Assembly: GCA_964384955.1 (NCBI GenBank)
Contig: CAYLLP010000001.1
Coordinates: forward strand, 10,004 to 74,003
Source: an uncultured Gammaproteobacteria bacterium
GTDB lineage: Bacteria > Patescibacteriota > Microgenomatia > UBA1406 > GWC2-37-13
Direction of reading: 5' to 3'
DNA: 64,000 nt
Shown here piece by piece: positions 36,722-46,305 of the stretch; position 1 is the first letter of the stretch, and each line of letters starts with the position of its first letter. The position numbers were made by a program, and so were the translations under genes. The notes beneath the pieces are model-generated. The model was not told where the DNA came from, ran no database searches, and saw only the letters and a program-made list of their open reading frames with translations.

Positions 36722-37751
36722 AGTTCTTTTTGTACTCTGGAATTTTCGGTGTTGCCTTATTGATAAGGGCCAAGAGCTCCTCTGAGCTATGAGACTGGTT
36801 GAATATTTCGCCCACCCGATGAGCGGTAAATATTGCGGCCTGCTTTTCTTGCTCCTTAAAGCCGGCCCACGGCAAGGGAATAAAGATCGCTGGGAGCTTT
36901 AGGGCCACGAGCTCAAAGAACGTATTGGCTCCAGCCCGCCCTACCACCAGGTCGCTCTTTGAGTAAATATATCCCATCTCATCTTCCAGGAAGTGCTTGG
37001 CTAGAAAATACCGGTCCCGCAGATGCTGGGGAAGCGTATGGCGCGCGCGGGTCAGCTCCTCAAAATCTTTATATCTCTTGGTGTCGCCTGTCTGATGCAC
37101 CACCACGACTTGGGTGAGTAGCGCCGGAAGAATGTGCTTAATGTGCATGTTAATAGCGTGAGATCCAAGCGATCCACCCGTCACATAGATCACGGGGCGC
37201 CCAGTGGGGATTTCAAACGGTTTTTTGCGTACCTCAAAAATAGCAGTTCTGAGGGGATTGCCCGTCACCTCGACGCGCCTTGCGGGGAAATATTCCTTGC
37301 TGGAGTCGAATGCCACAAATATTTTTTGGGCGATTTTAGCAATAGCAATATTAGCCGCCCCGGGACGCATGGTCTGCTCATGGGTAAATACCGGAATTTT
37401 TTTAAAGTACGCGGCAATGGCCACAGCAACAGCAATATATCCTCCAAAGGACAAGACTACGTCAGGCTCCTCCTGGGAGACAATTTTGTAGGCGCGCGCA
37501 AACCCCACGGGTATGCGAAGAAGCTGACGAACTGAGGTGAGGGAAAAGACGCGCGACAGGCGGCCGGCACGAAGTGAAATGAATCTGATGTGACGCTTCT
37601 CTACCTCTTTATATTCCAGGGAATCTGTCGTCTCTCCCTCATGCGCGTGTCTGCGGCCTACAAACACGATAGAGACCCTCTCATGCTTCATGAGCTCGTC
37701 GGCCACGGCAAGGGCGGGAGTGATATGTCCCCCAGTAATTAGAATTTTCAC
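36651..37751 (-). CDS. murG: UDP-GlcNAc:lipid I GlcNAc transferase MurG
   Basis: 366 aa. KILITGGHITPALAVADEL, YVTGGSLGSHAIN, GRAGANTFFEL. Confidence 0.93.
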   Translation of the reverse strand: MKILITGGHITPALAVADELMKHERVSIVFVGRRHAHEGETTDSLEYKEVEKRHIRFISLRAGRLSRVFSLTSVRQLLRIPVGFARAYKIVSQEEPDVVLSFGGYIAVAVAIAAYFKKIPVFTHEQTMRPGAANIAIAKIAQKIFVAFDSSKEYFPARRVEVTGNPLRTAIFEVRKKPFEIPTGRPVIYVTGGSLGSHAINMHIKHILPALLTQVVVVHQTGDTKRYKDFEELTRARHTLPQHLRDRYFLAKHFLEDEMGYIYSKSDLVVGRAGANTFFELVALKLPAIFIPLPWAGFKEQEKQAAIFTAHRVGEIFNQSHSSEELLALINKATPKIPEYKKNFVHLTSIYHQDAAQKIAQAILQK

Positions 37752-37801
37752 ACGATTGTTCCTTTATTATAGCCCAAATATGCGTAAACAGGAAGGGCCA
37801 T

Positions 37802-38896
37802 TCATGATTTTTTGGCGATGTTAAGAAGAATCCCCAGGAGCGCGAATGACACGAGGAGATTTGAGCCTCCGTAGGAAAAAAACGGCAAGGGGACCCCGGT
37901 CAAAGGCAATAGACCCACAATTCCCCCTAGATTAATCGATATCTGGAGGCAAAAATAGGCCATAATTCCTCCTGCCAGAAGGCGCCCGAAGCGGTCTGAG
38001 CTGGTCGCCGCCACCTCGTAGATTTTGTAGACTAGAATGAAAAAAAGGAAAAGAATAAGGGCGCTTCCCAAGAACCCAAATTCTTCGCCTACAATGGCGA
38101 AGATCGAATCGGTATGGGCCTCAGGCAAAAAAAGGTACTTTTGCCGCGAAGCCCCCAGTCCCCGACCTAAAAATCCGCCAGCCTGCAGTGAAATCATGAT
38201 CTGATTCACGTGATAGCCAATCCCCAGCGGATCAAGCTCAGGATTAAGGTATGTCAGAAAACGATTGAACCGATACGCAGACGTTTGTATAAGAAAAAAG
38301 AATCCGGCTGCTGCGGCGGGAATCAGGAGAAACAGGTGATAGATCTGCACCCCAGCCAGAAAATAAATAATAATGCTTATAAAAAAGACAATAATGGCGG
38401 TCCCCATGTCCGGCTGGAGCATAATGAGGCCCATGAGAAGACCCAAAAGAAAAAGGAATGAGAAAAAACGCGTGCGTTCTTTCTGCACGAACCAGCTGGA
38501 GAGATATAGAATCACAGAGAACTTCGCAAACTCCGTAGGCTGCAGATTGAAGAGCCCTAAGTCGAGCCAGCGGCGCGCTCCTCCTGCGGAGGACCCAATG
38601 CCGGGAATTAAAACTAGGAAGAGGAGTACGATCGTGGTCATTATGGCAAGAGGTGAAAACATGTAGAGACGACGGTAATCAAAGACTGAGAATACACTCA
38701 TGGCCACGATCCCAAGCACAAGCCATGTTGCCTGCAACCGCAGAAAATGAAAGCTATTCCCAAGATCGTTGAAGCTTCTGACAGAAGAAGCCTCAAAGAC
38801 GAAAAAGAGGCCAATCATAGAGAGAATGATAGGAAGAAAAAAAATCGGCAGGAGATTGCGCTTTACCTTTTTTTGCACAAACCTTCTGGCCATCAC
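37802..38896 (-). CDS. ftsW: SEDS-family division protein FtsW
   Basis: 364 aa. QPTEFAKF, QPDMGTA, TDSIFAIVGEEFGFLG, PFFSYGGSN. Lies between murD and murG. Confidence 0.9.
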   Translation of the reverse strand: MMARRFVQKKVKRNLLPIFFLPIILSMIGLFFVFEASSVRSFNDLGNSFHFLRLQATWLVLGIVAMSVFSVFDYRRLYMFSPLAIMTTIVLLFLVLIPGIGSSAGGARRWLDLGLFNLQPTEFAKFSVILYLSSWFVQKERTRFFSFLFLLGLLMGLIMLQPDMGTAIIVFFISIIIYFLAGVQIYHLFLLIPAAAAGFFFLIQTSAYRFNRFLTYLNPELDPLGIGYHVNQIMISLQAGGFLGRGLGASRQKYLFLPEAHTDSIFAIVGEEFGFLGSALILFLFFILVYKIYEVAATSSDRFGRLLAGGIMAYFCLQISINLGGIVGLLPLTGVPLPFFSYGGSNLLVSFALLGILLNIAKKS

Positions 38897-38934
38897 TTCA
38901 TTGTAGCACGTTCGCTGACCCCGGTGTAAACAAG

Positions 38935-40173
38935 CTAGGAGGGTTCAGATTGTCCGAGTTTTGCCACCCAATGACGAAATTCATCTCCCTTTTGATTGAA
39001 GTCCTTCCAAAGAGAATAACTGGGAGATGCTGTGGATAAAAGGCAAGAAGATCCATTTCGCGTACTTTGATATGCAAATTGCACAGCCTCTTTCATACTT
39101 TGAGTGTCGAACATATGCGCCTTAGAGTCATTTTTCTCCAATAATACTCGTATTTTTGGGCCGGAGTCTGGAAAAAAAACAATATTCTTTATTGCACTCT
39201 TTATGATAACTTGCGCTAGTTGAGAAAAGTCATACCCACGGTCTTGCCCGCCCAAAAAAATTGTCTGAACATTCTTAAGAGCTTCAATTGCCGCGATGGT
39301 TGATTCAGGAGTTGTGGAGATTGCATCATCATAAAAATCAATTTCTTTGTATTTTCCTACATATTCGAGTCTATGAGGTAGCGCATGAAACTCGCCTATT
39401 GCCTTATATGCAGTTTCTTCTTTGATATCGAAAAGATTTACAACAGTGAGAGCCGCTCGAATATTGTCTTCATTGTGTTTACCCAAAAGCGTTGATTTGA
39501 TAAGATTGAGATTGAGTTCTGAGACAAAGGGAAGCGCCTTGCATTTGGCCTCTTGGGCCCATTTAACAAGCCCTGGGAACTGCGGGTTATAGACAAAAAA
39601 ATCATCACTTTTAGCGTACTTTAGAATATTTTCTTTGGCCCTGTAGTAGGCTTCCTTACCTTTGTGATAATCAAGATGCTCTGGAAATAGATTGACTACC
39701 ACACTTATATGAGGAGAGTAGCGAATATCTTCCAACACATAACTTGAGAGTTCGTATACAAAAATATCGTCCTCTCCATACGGTTTCATAACTTCAGCGA
39801 GTGCAGGGTTACCAATGTTGCCGATCAGATGAGAGTGCTTCCCTGCAGCTTTTAATATTTCGTGAATTAGCGAAGCCGTAGTGCTTTTGCCTTTGGTGCC
39901 AGTGATCCCAATTACTTTATTGGCCACATTTGCAAAAAATATGTTTGCCGAAGTAGTATATGGAATCGTAACTAAATCTTTGGGAATTCCTGGGGTTTTG
40001 ACTGCTAGATCGTAGCCCTTTTGCCTTTCAAGATAATCCGCATTTAAGTTCTTGTCGGCGATATCAATCACAGCGCCGCGCAGCTTACTTTTAAGAAATT
40101 CATGCGTTGCTTTCCCATCCACACCATACCCCAAAATAAGTATTTTTTTTCCTTCTAATTCTTTTAGTTTCAT
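38935..40173 (-). CDS. murD: UDP-MurNAc-L-Ala:glutamate ligase MurD (whether it adds D-Glu or L-Glu is unresolved)
   Basis: 412 aa. N-terminal Rossmann-like ILILGYGVDGKA, P-loop GITGTKGKSTT, and Mur ligase middle and C-terminal domains. Confidence 0.88.
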   Translation of the reverse strand: MKLKELEGKKILILGYGVDGKATHEFLKSKLRGAVIDIADKNLNADYLERQKGYDLAVKTPGIPKDLVTIPYTTSANIFFANVANKVIGITGTKGKSTTASLIHEILKAAGKHSHLIGNIGNPALAEVMKPYGEDDIFVYELSSYVLEDIRYSPHISVVVNLFPEHLDYHKGKEAYYRAKENILKYAKSDDFFVYNPQFPGLVKWAQEAKCKALPFVSELNLNLIKSTLLGKHNEDNIRAALTVVNLFDIKEETAYKAIGEFHALPHRLEYVGKYKEIDFYDDAISTTPESTIAAIEALKNVQTIFLGGQDRGYDFSQLAQVIIKSAIKNIVFFPDSGPKIRVLLEKNDSKAHMFDTQSMKEAVQFAYQSTRNGSSCLLSTASPSYSLWKDFNQKGDEFRHWVAKLGQSEPS

Positions 40174-41516
40174 ACAATTGTATCGATAATCTGTCTAAAT
40201 TCGGCAGGCATGCGAGTCATCTCCTTTTTCGTGAATACTTCTTTACTCAATTCGTCGATATTGGAAAGTGTGGGAAGAATTTCTGTCATAAACATCTGCA
40301 TTACTGGCGTGTCGTTATAGTCCTTCGCTTTGTGCACCAGATAAAATGCAACTTTCGCCTCTTCTGGCGTTCCTACACACTCAAAGGGCTTCACACCTTC
40401 CACACCCAAGAGAGATTTAAAAAGAGGAATAAGAGAGTGATCTTCCAATAAATTCTTTCCAAATATTTCCAGAAGCTTTTGCTTGGGCATGTAGACAGCT
40501 AGACATACGAAATTAAATGCGCATTTAGGGCATTCTCCACACCACAACTTGGTTGCTTTACTGCTGATCTTAAAATTTCTATTGCAACTTGAAAAAATAG
40601 AGAAATACTTATCATGTTTGCCAAATAGTCTAAGTGTGTGAATTTCGGTAAGAGGTCTGGTCCCAGAAAAGTAGTTGATATCAGGTGTAATAAAATTTGC
40701 CGTGTGCTGCTGGAAAAGGTCCTCAAATTCGGAAGATTTGCTCCACTGATGATTAATACTTTCACCTAAATATTCCACATTCCCTTCGTTGGAGCTTGAT
40801 TCATTGGCAACGATTACATATTTATAACTATAAAGAATTGCACTAAAAATACCTAGAAAAGCATAAATTGACGAAATAGGAATATGACCGTTATAAAGAT
40901 TTTTTGTGAACTCAGTATCAAATAATTGTGTGTCGAGTGTTCGCTTCACTCGAAGTGAATCTAGCTCTGAAGCCTTGATAACTGAGTTTATGAGCGATGA
41001 GCTTGCGTGTTCCACGACGAAGGCTGTTAAAGGAATAACCCCCTTAAAAAGTTCGATCGCTACTATTGAGTCCTTTCCTCCCCCAACTCCAATTAATGCG
41101 CGCTTTTTTGGACTAAAGGTAAACGCTTCTTTTTTACTCTCCTCGTGTGGAAAATTAATCAGGTTTCTGAAGTCGATACTATTTTTGTAGAAAAACTCCC
41201 CTAGCCCTTTGGTATATAAAGCATTCCAAAATGTGGCTTCCTTTTGCGTCAGAGGCTGAGTTTTTAATTCAATTTTAGGCGCACAGTGTAATTTGTAATA
41301 ACTTAATCCAAGCACAAGATGGAGATTGTAGAGGGCTCTGTCTAAAAGTCTTTGAGACTCCTGGGTGATCTCAAACTCCTGAGCAAATGTAATCAATTCT
41401 GTGAAATCCGTTCTTTTTCCATCTGGTAACACTACAGAGTAATGAAAGCTTGCTCTCTTGGCATTCTTGTCAAATTGATATGATGAGAACTCAAATATTT
41501 CGGCTTTAGGTTTCAT
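40170..41516 (-). CDS. PP-loop (adenine-nucleotide alpha-hydrolase-like) protein; candidate MurL-type UDP-MurNAc-L-Ala-L-Glu epimerase
   Basis: 448 aa. PP-loop-like IGVGGGKDSIVA and a Cys motif CGECPKC. The stop overlaps the murD start (40170-40173). The product call is an inference from gene context. Confidence 0.45.
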   Translation of the reverse strand: MKPKAEIFEFSSYQFDKNAKRASFHYSVVLPDGKRTDFTELITFAQEFEITQESQRLLDRALYNLHLVLGLSYYKLHCAPKIELKTQPLTQKEATFWNALYTKGLGEFFYKNSIDFRNLINFPHEESKKEAFTFSPKKRALIGVGGGKDSIVAIELFKGVIPLTAFVVEHASSSLINSVIKASELDSLRVKRTLDTQLFDTEFTKNLYNGHIPISSIYAFLGIFSAILYSYKYVIVANESSSNEGNVEYLGESINHQWSKSSEFEDLFQQHTANFITPDINYFSGTRPLTEIHTLRLFGKHDKYFSIFSSCNRNFKISSKATKLWCGECPKCAFNFVCLAVYMPKQKLLEIFGKNLLEDHSLIPLFKSLLGVEGVKPFECVGTPEEAKVAFYLVHKAKDYNDTPVMQMFMTEILPTLSNIDELSKEVFTKKEMTRMPAEFRQIIDTIV

Positions 41517-41551
41517 GATTTTAATTAAATGTTTAATTGAAATTTGCGAGC

Positions 41552-42022
41552 CTAGACTCCTGACCTTTGATCAACAAAGCCGCCTCTGTAATCGGCTTTG
41601 TAGACTACTTTTTTGCCTTGAGTAATTTGTTCCGCTCCAGAGTACCGCTCAAGGTCACCTTCCCATTTATTAGTATAAGCAAACTCACCTTGTGTAAACT
41701 CACGAGGTCCTCGAAAAGGTGCCTTCTCGGGCATTGCGCTAAGTGCACGTCGAAGGACTTTGTACACAGAGTCTGCGTTTGCGTCATCGGCAACCCACCC
41801 ATAATACACCATTATCCAAACAGGCTTACTCTCGTGAGATACGACTATTCGCCCTCCATAGGGCTCGCCACCAAAAAAATTGTCGTGCGATCTCCAAGCT
41901 CCCTTTTCAAACGGAATGGTAGTTGATCCATCTTTTTCCTTGATCCATTTCTTCTCTTCCCCAGTTGCATATCCTGCTTTATTAGAATCAATAAGAAATT
42001 GTGTTAAGGCTTTTTTATTCAT
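41552..42022 (-). CDS. DUF5680-like protein
   Basis: 156 aa. The pattern FL..SNKAGYA ... D.FFGGEPYGG ... W.M.YYGWV ... P.RGP.EF..G.F.Y ... G.E.I..G.KVVY...Y.GG matches my recollection of the DUF5680 family. Needs an HMM check. Confidence 0.5.
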   Translation of the reverse strand: MNKKALTQFLIDSNKAGYATGEEKKWIKEKDGSTTIPFEKGAWRSHDNFFGGEPYGGRIVVSHESKPVWIMVYYGWVADDANADSVYKVLRRALSAMPEKAPFRGPREFTQGEFAYTNKWEGDLERYSGAEQITQGKKVVYKADYRGGFVDQRSGV

Positions 42023-42483
42023 AGTTTAATTTCGACTCGGGTGTCAATATAGGTACCATTCTCCTCTCCATCACCGTTCACCCATACCTTTTCAGGCACT
42101 GCCTTGTAGAGACGAATAGGACCTGCGCCTTGCACTTGATTAAGCTTCCAGTAAGGCTTTGGATAGCGCGATTGCAATACCTGATGCGCAGCTTCAACAT
42201 CTTTGGGGTCAGTCAACTCTTGAGCGCTTGCTTTAATATAGACTCCTTCACCAGTTCCCACTGGCACAGTCGAGTCGTAGATTACAAGATACACTCGACC
42301 TGTGTCCCGAACATTTTGCGAGTGTTGACTATTCCGATATGAACCCCAGTAGAAGTTGTAATCCTTGTCATACGCACCGACGACTGGAGCGTTCCACGGT
42401 TCACCACTTGTTGATACCGTAGCAATCGTGATGTAGAGAATTTTTTCGATGATCTCCTTTGCGCGTTGGACAAGTTTATCCAT
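42019..42483 (-). CDS. Pyridoxamine 5'-phosphate oxidase-like (FMN-binding split-barrel) family protein
   Basis: Start set at the internal ATG (42483, MDKLVQRAKEII..ITIATVSTSGEPWNAPV), 5 nt after the mraY stop. The longer track ORF (to 42837) overlaps mraY out of frame. Confidence 0.65.
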   Translation of the reverse strand: MDKLVQRAKEIIEKILYITIATVSTSGEPWNAPVVGAYDKDYNFYWGSYRNSQHSQNVRDTGRVYLVIYDSTVPVGTGEGVYIKASAQELTDPKDVEAAHQVLQSRYPKPYWKLNQVQGAGPIRLYKAVPEKVWVNGDGEENGTYIDTRVEIKL

Positions 42484-42488
42484 AGCAT

Positions 42489-43529
42489 TTACTTTGAAAA
42501 TGCTATCAAAAGGCCCAAAACTGAGAACATAATTGAGAGGATCCAAAATCGCATCACGATCTTGGGCTCTTCCCACCCGCGCATCTGAAGCCACAAGTGA
42601 AGAGGCGCCACCGGGAATGCTTTTCTCTTGAGAATGCGCTTGGAGGAAAGCTGCACGAGCGAAGTGAATACCTCCGCCACAAATATCGCGCCGATTATGG
42701 GAAGTGCGAAGATCTTGCCCAGAAGAAGGCCAATGACCGCAAAAGTAGCGCCAAAAGAAAGGGCGCCAGCGTCCCCGAGCATAATACGCGCGGGGTAAAT
42801 ATTGAAGTACAAAAATGACAAAAGCCCCCCAAGCCACACACCGATAAAGATCGAGGTGGGCACATCAAGAATGGTGTGCGCGATAACCCAAAAAGAGGCC
42901 AGAGCAATCATCATTACTCCCCCGGCCAGGCCGTCCAAGCCATCGGTGATGTTGACTGCGTTGGCGAATGCCACAATGATAAGTGTGGCAAACGGAACAT
43001 AAAAATAGCCCAGATGATAGGGCTTGAGGAAGGGGATATTGAGGACCTCGATGCCCAGGCCATAGAAAATTCCGCAGGACACTAAAAGGGCGAGTATAAT
43101 CTCCAGCACCAATTTGTGCGTAAGCCTAAGCCCGAAAAAATTAGCTTTTTTCCAGAAAAAAATCTTATTAAGATCGTCGTAGAGACCAAGCATAGCGAAG
43201 CTAATGAAGGTAAAAAGCAATATCCCGATCTCCATACCGAGCTTTTGCTCGTAGTTGGATTGGATAGTGAGATCAAAAATTCCAAAGAGTCCCAAAAATG
43301 CGGCGAAAATAACTGTCGTGGTCACGATAATAAGTATCCCACCCCCCACTGGGGTACCTGCTTTGTGGGAATTGTACTTGTCGAATATGTGGGCTCTACG
43401 GCGGAAGGCGTCTAAGGTCTCCTGATGGACTCGCTGAAACTTGCGCTTATAGAGAAAATCGATATAGGGCACAATGAGCACCGAGTGGAGCATGAAAGAG
43501 ACGATGGTGGCGAATAAGTATAAGGACAT
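42489..43529 (-). CDS. mraY: Phospho-MurNAc-pentapeptide translocase MraY
   Basis: AGTPVGGGI, NAVNITDGLDGLA, and MLGDAGALSFGA motifs. Start set at Met21 (MSLYLF, ATG at 43529), because the upstream 20 codons translate repeat element E. Confidence 0.93.
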   Translation of the reverse strand: MSLYLFATIVSFMLHSVLIVPYIDFLYKRKFQRVHQETLDAFRRRAHIFDKYNSHKAGTPVGGGILIIVTTTVIFAAFLGLFGIFDLTIQSNYEQKLGMEIGILLFTFISFAMLGLYDDLNKIFFWKKANFFGLRLTHKLVLEIILALLVSCGIFYGLGIEVLNIPFLKPYHLGYFYVPFATLIIVAFANAVNITDGLDGLAGGVMMIALASFWVIAHTILDVPTSIFIGVWLGGLLSFLYFNIYPARIMLGDAGALSFGATFAVIGLLLGKIFALPIIGAIFVAEVFTSLVQLSSKRILKRKAFPVAPLHLWLQMRGWEEPKIVMRFWILSIMFSVLGLLIAFSK

Positions 43530-43655
43530 AAGCGAAAAATTTCTAAGTACTCTAATTAACCTAATTTCTAAAGAAGCACCAAGCTCCAATTTCTCTGGTT
43601 TGAGTCATTGGGATTTGATTAGGTTAATTAGAAATTAGAATAATTAGGTTAATTT
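43530..43655. repeat. AT-rich inverted-repeat intergenic element, copy E
   Basis: Left TCTAATTAACCTAAT (43551-43565) pairs perfectly (15 bp) with right ATTAGGTTAATTAGA (43618-43632). The loop region contains AAGCACCAA, as in copy A. The right half has ATTGGGATTTGATTAGG. Lies between the dgkA stop and the mraY start. Confidence 0.85.
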
Positions 43656-44011
43656 AACAGCGCAACAATCCTCGGTCCAAATATAATAACGGCAATCACT
43701 ACTGCTCCAATGGCATAAATAAGCATAGCGCCGGCGGCTACGTCTTTGGCGATTTTGATCTCTTCCTTGAAGTCTGAGGTAATGGCGTCTGTCGCCTCTT
43801 CAATTGCGGTGTTGATCATCTCCACAATCAGTCCAAATACGACAACGCTTATAATGACGATCGTCTCAAGAGAAGACACCCGAAGGTAAAGACACGCCAA
43901 TAGCGCAATTGCTGAAAGCACAAGGTGGACTTTAAAGTTGGGCTGGGTGTGGAAGGCCCACACCACTCCTGCCCATGCATTTTTGAGTGATATATGGTGA
44001 CGCTTGATCAT
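43649..44011 (-). CDS. dgkA: Diacylglycerol/undecaprenol kinase family protein (DgkA)
   Basis: 120 aa with three TM helices. The EMINTAIEEATD motif is typical of DgkA. Confidence 0.85.
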   Translation of the reverse strand: MIKRHHISLKNAWAGVVWAFHTQPNFKVHLVLSAIALLACLYLRVSSLETIVIISVVVFGLIVEMINTAIEEATDAITSDFKEEIKIAKDVAAGAMLIYAIGAVVIAVIIFGPRIVALLN

Positions 44012-44997
44012 TTGGGGGTAGTAATTATCTTCATAAGTACTTCGCGCAATTTTTTGGAGTCGTGGCGCAAGATGCTCCGAACTCCGGGATTCACGAGGTC
44101 AGCGGTATTCTTGGTGTGTATCTTGCTGTCTATTATGTCTTCCTTGATGAGGCGGCCTTCAAACACTTCTCGGGTTATTCCGTTGACCACTGGCCGCTGG
44201 TTCTCCGGTGAATAAAAGCGCACCACATCAGCCGGGATTTTGCCGGTGTTTAGAATAATAATATCAGGTTCTCGTCCCATATAGGTCGTGAGATCCTTAA
44301 GATGCATAGCAGCACTGTAGCCCGCGGTCTGCCCGCCCTTGGTCATGAGATTCATAATATAAATAATTTTTGCTGGGGACTGCATAATCGCCTGTTTGAC
44401 CCCAGAAACTAGAAAAATGGGGATAATTGAGGTGTAGAGGTCGCCGGGACCAATTATTATGAAATCTGATTCTTTGAGGCGCGACACAACACGGGGGTTG
44501 GGTGGCACTTTAGGGTTAAGTGAGGCCTTGACAATGCGGGAAGTCTCATTCCAGTTCTCATCAATCGCACCTTCCCCTTCAAGTTCGCGGCCATTTTCGT
44601 AACGGCACCTGAGGTCGGTTTTTCGGAAGGTGACCGGAATGACCTCACCTCGAATCTGTAACACATAGCTCGTGAGCTCCAACACTTCATTGTAATCTTT
44701 TGAGACCTTCTCTAAAGCAGAGAGGAAAATATTGCCGAAGTTGTGGCCCTTAAAGTCTCCTGTCTTGAAGCGATACAAAAAAAGCTTGCGCCACAGATTA
44801 GGAGCCTCGGAGAGCGCCACTAAGCACTGTCGCAGGTCCCCAGGTGGCAGTACCCCGAGCTGATCTCGCAGCTTGCCGGTCGACCCCCCCGAATCTGCCA
44901 TGGTCACGATTGCCGCCAAGTCCACGGGCTTTTTTTTCAAGCCTGACAAGACCACAAATGCCCCAGTTCCCCCACCCAGCACTGATATCCTTTTCAT
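44008..44997 (-). CDS. yvcK: YvcK/CofD-family protein (UPF0052, gluconeogenesis/cell-shape factor)
   Basis: 329 aa. SVLGGGTG, TMADSGGSTGKLR, and PPGDLRQCL. Confidence 0.85.
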   Translation of the reverse strand: MKRISVLGGGTGAFVVLSGLKKKPVDLAAIVTMADSGGSTGKLRDQLGVLPPGDLRQCLVALSEAPNLWRKLFLYRFKTGDFKGHNFGNIFLSALEKVSKDYNEVLELTSYVLQIRGEVIPVTFRKTDLRCRYENGRELEGEGAIDENWNETSRIVKASLNPKVPPNPRVVSRLKESDFIIIGPGDLYTSIIPIFLVSGVKQAIMQSPAKIIYIMNLMTKGGQTAGYSAAMHLKDLTTYMGREPDIIILNTGKIPADVVRFYSPENQRPVVNGITREVFEGRLIKEDIIDSKIHTKNTADLVNPGVRSILRHDSKKLREVLMKIITTPK

Positions 44998-46277
44998 GAT
45001 TTGTTTTTTTTGTTCTCCACTATTTTATTTTCTTTGAAGTAACTATTATCGGGCACATCTTCCCACACAGTTTCCCCAGGCGACACGAATGACCCCGCAC
45101 CAATCTTAATGCCGGGCAGGATCGTGACGTTGACTCCAATTTTAGAGTGTGCTCCCACGACGGCACCCAGCTTTTTCATATCGGTCGACAATTTTTCTTT
45201 TCCTACCTGAGAGCTCACATTCTCCGCATCGAAGCGGAAATTGGCTGTCACCCCTCCCGACCCCATCATCACGTGATCTGCCAATATTGAGTCCCCCACA
45301 TAGTTCCTGTGCAGCATCACGTGATCCCCCACATATGAGCGAGCCACCTCACAATATCCCCCAACCACTGTCTTTTCACCAATCTGAGACTCGCGTACCA
45401 GACTATAATCGCCGATTACACTTCCCTCTCCTATATAGGCCGGTCCTACAATCTTAGAGTAGTCGCCTATTGTAACCCGCGGGCCGATGTATACGTCTCC
45501 TTCAATGATTGCTGTGTCTGAAATTTTGGCTGACTTGTCTCTATAGTCTTTAACCGATTTTAGAAAATGCGCCATAGCGGGCAGCACGTGCCACGGATAT
45601 TTGAGAGGAAAAAATGGTCCTTTATAGACTGTGTATTCGACCTTTTTCCCACGCTTTATATATTCATTAATGGCCACTTCATATAAATCGCGGTCGGGCA
45701 CCTTAAGTTCTGTAATTAGTTTCGTGAATTCTTCAATGTCAGCGATATAATCAACCACAAGCTTGACCTTATTTGACGGCTCGTGACCGGACCCTGGCTT
45801 TTCTTGAATTCCCACAAGTTGCTCCCCCTTAATTTCAAGATACCCGCCGGGGTAATATTTTGTAACTTCTATAACAGAGAGTATGTGATCAGGATTTTTC
45901 ACCTCCGATGTATTTCTTAGCACCTCAAGATGGGATGCCTGAAAATAGTCTCCACTGTTAACTACCACCGCTTCCCCAGACACACCTGCTCCTAATGAAG
46001 CCACTGCTCCTCCCAAACCTGGAATATCACTTCTTTGAACGACAATTTCTGTCGCAATATTCAGCTTCTTAGACAACTTTTTGACGATTTCTTCCATGTT
46101 CTTCTTGGTCTCTTGGTTGGCAATAAGAATGAAGCTGCCTGAGTAAGGAGTAAGAGACGTGAGGAGGTGTTCAAGGAAGGAGCGGCCCACAAAAGGCAAG
46201 AACATCTTTTTCCGCAGGGGCCAAAGCCGAGAGCTCGTGCCCGCCCCCAAAATAATGATTCTTTCAAATTTTCTCAT
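44994..46277 (-). CDS. Sugar-1-phosphate nucleotidyltransferase fused to a left-handed beta-helix acyltransferase domain (GlmU-like)
   Basis: Start set at Met37 (MRKFERIIILGAGTSSRLWPL, ATG at 46277). N-terminal NTP-transferase fold and C-terminal hexapeptide repeats (IGDYSKIVGPAYIGEGSVIGDYSLV...). Lies next to murA. Confidence 0.65.
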   Translation of the reverse strand: MRKFERIIILGAGTSSRLWPLRKKMFLPFVGRSFLEHLLTSLTPYSGSFILIANQETKKNMEEIVKKLSKKLNIATEIVVQRSDIPGLGGAVASLGAGVSGEAVVVNSGDYFQASHLEVLRNTSEVKNPDHILSVIEVTKYYPGGYLEIKGEQLVGIQEKPGSGHEPSNKVKLVVDYIADIEEFTKLITELKVPDRDLYEVAINEYIKRGKKVEYTVYKGPFFPLKYPWHVLPAMAHFLKSVKDYRDKSAKISDTAIIEGDVYIGPRVTIGDYSKIVGPAYIGEGSVIGDYSLVRESQIGEKTVVGGYCEVARSYVGDHVMLHRNYVGDSILADHVMMGSGGVTANFRFDAENVSSQVGKEKLSTDMKKLGAVVGAHSKIGVNVTILPGIKIGAGSFVSPGETVWEDVPDNSYFKENKIVENKKNKS

Positions 46278-46305
46278 ACTAGTATTATACCCCCCGCTCA
46301 GTAGG

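Noticed and set aside
42484-42837. N-terminal 118 codons of track ORF 42019-42837
   Set aside because: This part overlaps the 3' end of mraY in another frame and is W/R/G-rich nonsense. The PNPOx-like sequence begins at the internal ATG at 42483, 5 nt after the mraY stop.
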